64,000 nt of DNA from Lingula anatina (taxonomy: Eukaryota; Animalia; Brachiopoda), in contig CM120646.1 of assembly GCA_051362555.1 (NCBI GenBank), positions 5,456,001 to 5,520,000 on the forward strand, in the 5' to 3' direction. Within the stretch, counting starts at the first letter, position 1, and each line of letters begins with the position of its first letter. Shown here in pieces: positions 24,844 through 35,800 of the stretch. The translations under genes were made by a program, and so were the position numbers. Below the pieces are notes generated by a model. It was not told the DNA's origin. It searched no databases and saw only the letters and a program-made list of their open reading frames with translations.

Positions 24844-26014
24844 TTGGGTAACCAAGAAAAATATCATACTAAACCCTCCCTCTCTCACCCTTGCTCCCTC
24901 TATTACTCTCACTCGTCCCTCTCCCATCCTTCTTTCACACATTCTCCTCCACATGGGCACTGCCATCAAAAATAAAAAAAAGAGAGTCTGAGGTGTAATG
25001 AGATAGCCATGCCCCAGTGAGCCCCACTCTGAACCTCTCCTACCATGGCAAACACCTGTGGCGTACCCCTGGGGGTGATTAATGACCCCAACATTAGCAT
25101 CACAGGCTATAATACCTCGGTTTACCTGGCTCGCTGAATGGACATCTAATTATCTCTGTCACAGGTATGGATACATGAGAGGTGTAGAGTGCTGGGATTT
25201 TATACTCTGCTTGGAACTTAGAGCAGGGGGATCCAGTTACAAAAATGTGAGATGTCATAGGCTGTAAGGTTCAAATTCAGAACGGCAGTCAGCTTTAGTA
25301 ATATTGTAATCTGCTCCTCACTGAGGCGGATTGTCAGATCGTCATTCCGCATGGAAAAGAATTTTTGTCTCTTTGATGCCCCTTTTAACCCAAAATACAT
25401 AGGAAAATAAATATTTTTGCTCTCTGTTTGATCATAACTGATAAAAATATCAAAGAGTGAGTGCATGGATGAGGAACCATTATCATTACAATTAAGGATC
25501 TTAAACTGCTGTTTGAAATTTAGCTAGGGTTGAAAATTGATGGTAATAGATGAAGAAATTGCCAGGTGCATCTTTCTGTGGTAAAGGAGAGACGTTTAAA
25601 AAAAGCAAGAAATCTAAGATTTCATCATCTTTTGAGAAGCATTCTCTAGGTATAAAAGACTTTTTCAAACTAAGGAGCTCCTTTTCCACTTCTGAGAAAC
25701 ATATTCATAATCACTTACTTCTTCTTGAAATCATTGCCTATGCAGGAGTTGGTGCCGTCGTCATCTTCTGCTCTTGAGCAACACTATTGAAAAAATCAGA
25801 TAAAGAGAAAGTAATCATCACTGCAAACAAAGATTACATGTGGCATACAAAAGATAAGATGTCTGACTAATTGTATTATGCGCCTCTCTTTCCTGTTATC
25901 TGGTACTTATCTGTGGCACGTTTAATTATAATTATCAAGCATTGCTTCTTGTTCATATATGGGAGAGTGTTTTGATGGGCACCTGTTGGTTGTCAGAGGA
26001 CAGGATATTACATA

Positions 26015-26260
26015 GACTGCATTCACAGTAAAAGTTGATACGGCATCGTCCCCACAGGGAATCTATTCAGTGTCTATTAGGGGATTATGCGACAAGCTTT
26101 CAAGTGGGTTGGTCATATTTGATCCCTGGATCTGTTATTCGTGGATCAACTTGTACTAAATGCGTCCGTGTAGGTTGCATTCCCATTGAACCTATCGTAC
26201 TAGGTAAATCGATCCAACTCTGTGGGGACTCTTGCTGAATGCAATCAGATTAACTGAATG
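26015..26260. mobile_element. Internally deleted palindromic MITE (family D, 26015-26167) abutting a truncated MITE arm (26173-26260)
   Basis: Matches 42291-42668 (ccccacagggaatcta...ggggattatgcg.caagcttt...tggatcaacttgt) and the left arm of the 24360 element. Confidence 0.8.
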
Positions 26261-26351
26261 ACACATCTAGAGCAGCTAAGGGGTGATAAAATTTTTCGTG
26301 TGCATTCGGTCACACTCATAAAATGAAATGAAAGAGCTGTCATAATTCACA

Positions 26352-26463
26352 AAGCAGGATCAATGGTATCAAATGTATTTATAAAAATTGAGATAACATA
26401 TTATTAATATAACATATTATGTAATCTTTTATAAATTCATTTGATGCCATTTGATTCCTGCTT
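26352..26463. repeat. AT-rich inverted repeat (hairpin, ~35-bp stem)
   Basis: aagcaggatcaatggtatcaaatgtatttataaaa pairs with ttttataaattcatttgatgccatttgattcctgctt. Confidence 0.85.
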
Positions 26464-28019
26464 CCGGAAGCTGAGCACAAACTTTTGTACCCAGTGTCAC
26501 GTCACACAGGACAGGGGAGGGGCTGTGTGACTGCTTATCACCACCAATAGTTAGGATAAGCACATATTAGTACCAGCCTTATATATCATATACATAATAA
26601 CCACTCACAGACACACACACTGTCATTATATGCAGTGAGGATGTGGGGTTCATTTTGAGATGGTGGCTGTTCCTAATGGGAATGGTCCTAGCTAAGATGG
26701 TCAGGCCACTGTAGCAGCTAGCTTCATGTGTTCATGAGTGGAACTGAGTTTGTTTTGTATGTAAGTGATTGTTTTGTTATGTTTTATGACTGTTTCATTT
26801 TTTTATGTAACCTTAAATTTATTTTAAGAGAAAAAATAATGTTATAACTGATATAATCAGGTGATAATAAAGGCATAATATTTGACCCCTTCACACTAGG
26901 CAAGATGTACAAATTTGTAATTATTGTTATGGTGAAAAGAAATGTTGAAGAAATAGCGATTAAAATTAATCATTTTTCCTTAGGTTAGAAATCTAGAAAT
27001 GCACTTAAAATTGTACCTCCTAACTGAATATGTTGTTAGTGATTTAGATGGCTTTGGGAACGTGGGAAACTGTAGAACCGTTTCACACCTGTTGATACCA
27101 CAAAGGGAGGATTTTGACAGCATATTTAAAGTATAGCGGGCTCAGTTGCATGTTCAGGTTAATTGTGTCACTTCTGATTGATTGGAGAGGGCTCCACATG
27201 GAGACAAGGATGTGCCACCAAGGGCTGTAGAATGAAGTAGGTGTCAAAACAAAGATGGTTCATACAGTTATGTACTGGGACAGAGCCTTGTAACCAATAT
27301 CACTGTGATGGTGACAGGATGGACAGTATTGAATTATACTTAAATATTACTTAAAAGGATATACATATTACTGTATTTATGTAAAAATCATGATTTGTAC
27401 CTCTGAATCTACGTCTGCCATTTTGCCCAAGAGTCTACACATCTGAAGAAATCCTTTTTACATGAATCAAAGGGGAAGCACTTCATGGTGGTGGATTGGT
27501 TTTAAGGTTGTGGAACAGCGGACACAAAGCATGTTTCGTACAAACGACATGTAACACCTTGGATCACTTGAGCCACATGAGATGTAGAAGAGGTTATTGT
27601 CCTTAGTTTGAAAGGTGTTGAGACAGGGGGAACAAGTCACACTTAGTGTGGGACACATAACACCTCTCTTGGTCCCCCCTGGGGAAATGATTGACAGGTG
27701 CCCTTCACTGTATCCAGTGATTCGTGGTAAGGGTCCCACTTGATAAGTGAACCCACCATGTCATCCATTGACCTCGTGTTAGTCTGTGTGATGTTTGGAA
27801 GGCATTTGATACAGTCTGGCAGTTTCTTAAAGCTTTTGAATGTGATATAAGAGTAGGTTGGTGAAGAGACAGTTTATTGTTCCAGTTCAGGGATTTAGAT
27901 TTGGATATCTCCAGATCAACCTTAGTCTATTTTTTTGAGGGGTAAATGTGACATTATGATAAAAATCCATAAAGATATTAACTCATGTAAATGAATCACT
28001 CAAGAAAAGGTAGACCCAT

Positions 28020-28187
28020 CAGGCCCGTAGCCAGCAATTTCAAAAGGGGGGTTCTTTTTCTGAAAAAGTGGACCTTTTCCCATAAAAACTTCATGTAACT
28101 AGATCAAATTTTACCCAGAGTGGACCTTTTCCCAGCAAAAGGGGCGGTTCTTTCAAACCCCCCGAACCCCCCCTAGCTACGGGCCTG
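28020..28187 (+). mobile_element. 168-bp non-autonomous DNA transposon, family B, 5-bp TSD
   Basis: cccat-caggcccgtagc...gctacgggcctg-cccat; perfect 12-bp TIR. Confidence 0.9.
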
Positions 28188-29729
28188 CCCATACAAGTTA
28201 GAACAATGCCTCTTATGTCATACACATCAAGTGCAATACTAATTGAAGTGACAGAAATTTATAGAATAAAGACATTCTCTCTAATTTGCAATTCTGAGTA
28301 TATGTAATAGACTTTTTAGAGGTAATTCTACTGCAGGACTGTATTAAAGAGCAACAATATTAAAGTTGAATATAAAAAAATAAATAAGATAATATGAAAG
28401 AAATAGATAGACAAAAAAGGATAAAAATGTTGTTACACAAGATGTCTGTAGGGTGGAAAAAAACTTCTGTGATACCTAAACCTTGTTAGAAATTCTGCTT
28501 TAAAAGTTTGAGGTCATGATAATGATCATTTTAACCCAATTTTGGGTCAAAGAGGTTGATTGTAATCAAGTGTTATTAACACATTACTGCTGATCATATT
28601 TACGTGTAAAACTCAAGATTAGTTGACACTTTACAGATAAGCAATTACATTATGTGAGAGAGTTAGTATACTGAGTACAGTGAAGGATGCATATGAAGCT
28701 TGGCATTGTTCCTTGACACAATGGGGACATGTTATTATTTATAAGGTACAGGTGTACAATGTAATATCAGTGTCACCTAGTTATTGTGTCATATTGGGTG
28801 AATGATGACAGCAACCTTGTCTTGGTGAAGGGAGGAATGTTATATGGATGTCAGTTTTCAATGATTACAAGGAGAGCAGTGTATAGGGTTTGTGACATAT
28901 TATACAAAAAAATTGGAAAAAAAGTCTCTGTATAAGTATAATATGTGACTATAAGCACGTAGAGCTTGGCTGTTGAGTCAACCTTGTAATAGTTATAAAT
29001 CTGTGAAAACTAGTACTAAAATACTGCAGTGCTTAGAAGTAGATTTTCACGTCTTAAAATCAGAGTATAGGTTGGGCACAAACTGGTGGAAGAATATGAT
29101 TATGCCTCAACCTTTTCTTTGGGGGAAAATTATCAATTTTTCAGATTCATAATTTTGGAATCATTAAAAATTATATTTCTGTAAAGCATCTGTATAGAAT
29201 AGAACTATAGAGAAGCCGGCTTTTTAAATTCAACCACTCATGGGGATGTTCCAAATTTAAGAATTTATGACTATAATATCTATGAAATTCACTACTGAAA
29301 AGATTGTTACTAGTACCTTATCTTATGGCACTGATTTATAAAGGTCTGCCTGCCCAAGTTGAGAAAAATGATAAATAAATGAATTAAACAAAGTTCCACT
29401 ACCTGATGTTTGGCAAAATAAATGCCTTGAATTATTGCTTATTTAAAAGAGAAAAATATTTGAGTTTTAAACAACATAACAGGTGGAATATTTTCAAATG
29501 TGATTTTATGGTCAGAATGTCAAAATCTTTAAAAATATTTTTCAAAATTCTACTGTGCAATGTACTATATGATAGATTGATTCACTTATCACTGTGGCAT
29601 ACAATTAAGATTATAAAAACTGATGACAGTAAACCATAAAGATGATATTTTCTTTCTACTTTTCAGAGCTGGTGTGATCTGTATGACTGTGTGTGTGTAT
29701 AAAGGGAAGTGAAGAGAGGCCAGCTCATC

Positions 29730-29811
29730 ATGGATGCCAGGGACAGGGTGAAGAGGGAGATGGACGTGTCCGCGCCCAAACCAAAGGAACATGGCGCCAA
29801 GAAAGAGGAAG
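29730..29811 (+). CDS. GLI: Gli start-codon exon (exon 29667-29811)
   Basis: Polypyrimidine tttcag| acceptor; Kozak-like atcATGG; AG|gtaagt donor; phase 1 matches the exon at 50678; in-frame upstream TAA. Confidence 0.7.
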
Positions 29812-32800
29812 GTAAGTGTTGTGGATGTGTAGATTTTTATTTATCCAGGTGTAGTTTCAATCAAATTGAGAATGGAAATTGTATCTTTAACTGGGCTCTG
29901 ATGTTTAGTGTTGAGCTGAAATGTTGACAGTCATAAAGATGACAGTCTTCTGGATTTATCTGGAAAAAAAAAATATAAAAATATCAAGGTGTTTGTTTTT
30001 ATGATCTCAGTCCCCCTCATTTAGAGCTGCACACTTTGGGCATAAACATTTTCCAAAAAATTTTTTTTTAATTTCTTTTTCATCTTTACAATTAGTTCAG
30101 TTTCCTAATGAAGTCTTTGAGATAATAGACAAAACATTAAACTTCATACCATTATGTAAGTGTCCAGTATAACACTCAGTTTTCATTCGTAAGAGTAACT
30201 TGACAAGAGAGAGAGGGAGAGAGTGAAAGAGATAGAGAGAGGAGAGGTGTCTTCATCATGTAATAGTGTCGGTGTCATTAAGTTGTCTGATGCAGTGAGT
30301 GAGGCTGTGTAGTTTGTGATAAAGCCTGTCATGTCTTGTCACATCTGTCTGCTGTAAACTGCACTGTCAGCCATGTTTACAAGAGTTTTCACAACTTTTT
30401 GTGTTGTAACAAGACGCTCATCCATCTACATTTGTAGAGTACCATGATTGCTCTGAACTTTGCTTCATTTGTGGAGTGTGTAATGGACACCCTTTCTCTT
30501 TTTTGCTGAGACTATAGGGAAAAAATTCCCCCAATTCATATAAACCACTTTCCACTGAGATGGAATCTTTACCTTGCGACCTGCCCCTCTCAAGAACATT
30601 ACGCCCCAACTGTTTGAAACAGTCGTGAAAAGTTTTGAAGATTTATACTCTGCAGTTTTGCACTTAAAACTACTGCAACTTGAAACAGCTAACGTAAATT
30701 TTTTGTTATCACACTAAACCGGACACTTCCTTCGGCAAAACCAGCCGATTATGTATCTTAAATCAAACAGAAATCTCGCTATTGATCCCATTTCCAGCCA
30801 GGGGAGAGGCAAGATCTACGGTCAGTTGTGTTAGGGGTCATCACACTTAGTCCAGCGGGCCTAGCTTAATAACCGCTTGGTTTGTGGTGGTGTGGCACAC
30901 TCAAAAGGTTTAGAAAATTACTAGTTGTATCACATTACCCTCTCACTTTGAAAAGAAGCTTTATGTGCCGTTTGAATGAATCTGTCATCTTACAGAAGGA
31001 TGAAATTGAAATGTATGTGACAGGAAAATAGGGCAGGGTTTGTGGATCGCCAGGGAGAGGAAATGGTGGGTACGGAATGAAAATAAAATAAAAATATTTA
31101 TTTTGATGTGTTGGGCATTTTTTTTTTAATTGGTAAAATGAAGCAATCAGAAAAGTGTGGATGTTTCTTTTTAACATAGATTAGGGAATGTTTGTTTTTC
31201 ATTCTGACTGGCCCTTTTGATGATTCCCCTAACATGTTTTCACTAATGAAATTGGTTCTTAATCAAAGTTGGACAATTTTTACCAAAAAAAAAAAAAAAG
31301 GTTTATTTTGTCAGTCTGAACCACAGGCAAGAAATTGCATAGAAACAGAGCATGATGAATGAAAAGCATAATCTTCTAAAAAATCTCTTTTTGTTAGGCA
31401 CAGCTGTGCTGAGCTAGATTTTGCTAAAAAGAGATGGTAAGTTTAAGATGATGCCATTGAAAATTAAAGAGCATGAGTAACAGGGCACTTCTCAACGGGA
31501 GATGTTATACAGTGAAATAAGCATATGAACATGATCAACAGAAATGGAAAGTGTTAGTGCTCTTTCCAAATTCAACATTGAGACAATTAAAGAAAACTTG
31601 ATTTGATAGAAAATCAGAAATTCAATTCAGACATAAGATGTAGTATGTATATTATGTCTCACTTGATCTCATCATAGTGCAGGATGATATCAGAGAGGCG
31701 TGTTAAGTGAGAGATAAATGCCCTGGTATTTCTCCTCAGTCAGGGAAGGCATCGGGTTAGGATGTAGGTTAGAATAACTACAGGTTCTTCTTAGTTATAG
31801 TATGGTAGGCACGGCCATAACTCTTCCTCTGTCATCATCTTGACTACCGAGGAATAAAAACAACATGGTCTGAAAACCAAGGAAATCTATTGGCAACCGG
31901 TAGTGCAAAAGACCATCAAAACTTCGTATGCAATCACTTATAATGGCGGGAGGCTGGATTTATGCTCCGCAAATGGTCCCCGAGTCTTTTCTTTCAGCTT
32001 TTATGTGCGGCAGTAACTGTAATAAAATATAGCCACAGTGGGTGAAGTGGGGAGTTAAAAAAGTAATTACAAGCTCGAAGAAAGATATTTTTGTTTTCTG
32101 CTGGTAAGGAGAAATACCAACTACACCATTTAAGTTGTTTTACTGAGAGCAACTGTCTATTTTTGTAATTACCCAAGTCTTAAGTGTTGAAGAGAAGCAT
32201 GCGGCATGCGTTCTTAGCATCAGCAGAAGTCAGGCGCATTGCAGAAATCAGTAGTGGATTGATTGAAGAGCCCAGATATCCGTGGCACTTTGGTTGGGGC
32301 GAAAGTTTGAGTATATAATGATCTGCTGGAAAAAAACCCTTAGATTGTAAATGTGATAGCATAAAATGATTGAGATGACTGGAGCTATTTTGATTTACAT
32401 CATCAGGAGCCAGGTCCTAAGTTCGCACATTTGGCATTGAAAAAAAATGGCAGCTAGAGATGGATAAACTATGTCAGATGACAGTTCAAAAGTAAAAATT
32501 AAAACTACACATTCACTCACGTTCCATTTCTCTCTTTTTCTCCCAAACCTACACGTTGTAAAGTATGTGCCTCTTTACGTGTAGGCATGCATGCACGCAC
32601 ACTCACTATATTTGACCAATGTTGACTTTAAAAAGAGGTGCAGTTTGATCATGAAGAGGCACTGCCGTAAACCAGGGTAAATACTTGAAAATATTATGCC
32701 ATTTCTGCAATGTTTTTTCCCCCCCCCAAAAATTGCTCGGTTTCTTTAGTAGCCTATTTCCTCATGTGAAGCAGACAGAACATCCTTCACAAGCACGAAT

Positions 32801-35800
32801 GGAGCTCTCGTGACTCACTTCAACGTCTGACATGTGTCTTCTGCAAAAATTGATCTGTGTGTTTTTATATATTCCTACGAAATAGATAACATTTACTTTG
32901 TAGAAAAGGAAACTGTTTTGTATGCACATTTCTCTCTTTTTCACATCATTTTTCTTTCTAAGTCAAGATTGTTTTGGATTTATTTTTAATAAAAGATACA
33001 CAGTTTAGTAACATGAGCTGTAGCTCTGTCTTTTAACAGAGGCGTAATATGTTTCGTTCAGTTCCCCTAGCATCTCTATTGCCTCGTAGCTAGAGTACAT
33101 TTTCTATGGTTCTAAAGGAGTTCTTTGCCTTCCCACAAGTCATTCAAAAGCTTCAACATCAGTCAAGAGTGCGAGCACCAAAGAGAAATTAGAAAAACAA
33201 CCTCCTTTTCCTTGCAGATGTTTATATAATGAGGTCGGCACCAAAAGATACAAAAGTAATAGATTTATTTCAACAGCAGCCTCATTATTTCATGGCCCCC
33301 CTTTTTCCTTTTATACTCCTTTCCAAATTATATTGTGGCAAAGGGGGTCTGTGTGCTTTGGTGGTGACCTAATCCCCCAAACTAATTTCATGTTCCTTGC
33401 ACAGCATTTTATGTTCTCTTCTTGAGTGAATGGAGGAAATGTTAGTGTTTTGTGCAAGGCTCAAGTGAAGAAGTGGTGCCCGAGGAATGATTTTGATTGA
33501 CGTCTCACCTGTGTTGTAGCGAGGTTGATGGATTTCGGTGCTGGGGCATAGAAATGCTTTAATTATTGTTGTGATAATACAAACTGGCTTTAACTACGCT
33601 ACAAATGTGCGGTATTGCACATGATTGGTTCACTTGGCATCATTGGTTCAGAAATACAGCAGAGAAATTGATTGTGAAAAAAAAACATTGCTTTTCACGT
33701 AAAAATTTCCTATATTCAGAACATTTTAATTTATTGAATCTCATTCTAATATCTTAAATACATTCCTTTTGACAAACTGTTTTCAAAAGTGGCATGGAAT
33801 TTTGAAAAAAAAATACAGGGTAGTCAGTCCAATAATACTTGTCTTGAACATTGCATATCCACTACAGATGTCAGAACTACCAGGAGAGAGTCTTTTTTCT
33901 GCGCTCTCCCTCCCTGCCAGCAGTGACCTCTATTGGCGACCCCTGGAGACCTCATGGCCACCAGGCCCTATCTGGCCTTTGTTCACTCCTGCATGTGATA
34001 ACCATAAGAGGTCGAGTTTAACAGAAGAACAGTCAAACGCTCCCCTCTTGTAGTGGCTTGACTGTGAATTCAAGTGTTATAACTGCACTGAAATTCTATG
34101 GGTCATAATCTTAAAATTTTTGGGATTTGCAGATGAAAAAAAGTCGCTGGCGAGAAGTCGATGCAAACTTCAGACACTGCTGTGGAATCAAGTGCGCTGA
34201 CTGCAGTTTTCTTTTTAAGAGCAATACGTCAAGACTGAAGGTTTTTGTTCTGGGGTTTTTCACTTGCCCTCTAACAGATGTTTCAAGTACATTTTTTTTG
34301 CAGTAATTGGCTCCAGGTTTGGCAGTGTTTTGATAGTGACTGAGTCTGGTGCTGATCTTAGCCTGTCTTGTGAGACCCTAGAGGCCAATTGAAAAAATAT
34401 GGCTGCCATTTGATTAAAAAAACTCTTGTGAAGACCTGAACTTGAACCACTAAATAATGTAGATGCCGCTTTGGTTTAAGAGTTTGCAACATCCGCATTC
34501 AGAGACTCGTATTAACATTTCAATGTTTTGCTAGATGCTTTGAATAATTTATTTTGGCGAAAGCAAAATCCTCAAGTTTTTAAAAAATTTTTAATGATGC
34601 AGTAAAAACAAGAATTATATTTTTGATGTGTCAGTGAAAAATGAACTTGATTGTACTTTAAAAACGTCTTTCGTATTAGTTGCTTTGTTCTGTGCATTTT
34701 ATGAACTGCAAATATAAGATAAAAATGAAAATCATTTATTACTATTTAGGCCTATTCATGCAGTGTTATTGAACATGTCTAGCCTGTTGAATGAGGCTGT
34801 GCCCTCTACATCATGTCTAGGGATATTCAATTCTTAGAGAGAGTAAGAAATCAGGGGTTCATTCCAATGTATGAAAATATTTACTTCTAACTATTTTAGT
34901 CAAATTTGATATTTACTCACATTTGAATATCAGTTATATGGGACGGTTTCTTTTAGTTCAGGTAATTGTGAAAACCACTACACATTTCATACATTAACTT
35001 ATCCAAAAATTGATTTCCAGAAAGTATGTCATGAGTTATTAAAAAAAAAACTGAGGGTCATTATCTGTCCTGTGAAGGAGGTTTTTTTTTTTAGTTTTAA
35101 AAAACGATTCTAAGATAAATGTGGGCTTTTCAAAACAATTGCAGTATAAGTAAAATAGATTTAAATTGTACAAATCTGTTGAATAGTACTGTGTACTTTT
35201 TTTGCATGAAAACTATTCTATCTACTGTGGACCTCTACAAAATGAAGCTTACTTTTGATTCTAAGTACTACATAATTAAGATCCAGTGAAGTTCTTTGAA
35301 GAATGGCAAATGGAAATGGTTGTGTACTTACTATGTGTACAATGACCAGTCAGAACTTGAGTTACAAATGTCCTCAGGCAAGCAAAGTCCAATCTATCCT
35401 GGCAGGCTCTAAAACAGAGATTGTGATTGGTCGATTAAATTCCAGTCTTGAGTAAACGTTTCATGTTTTTTTCTCCAGTCAGGATGGTTTCTCAATGGTT
35501 TAAGTGAACCGATGCTGTGTTGAGCCCCAACAATTGATTATAAGCAAAGACATACTTTAATAATAGGAAGGAGAAGAAAAGATGAAAAAGAAGAAGAACA
35601 ACAACAAGAACAACAACAATAATTATGAAAAAAAAAGCCAAGAATAAGAATAATATCAACCTTAGAAGTTACCCCAAACACAATCATCACATATCAGACT
35701 TATGCGGTGCCTGTTTTAAACTTTCCACTGGACCTCACCCCAAATCCCACCACATCTTTATATTTAGATATATATGATATTGCATTTAGGGATGAAAAAT

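Noticed and set aside
27053-27089. Su(H)/CSL paired site (CGTGGGAA ... TTCACAC)
   Set aside because: The spacer is 13 nt rather than the canonical 15-17, and a single site is expected by chance.
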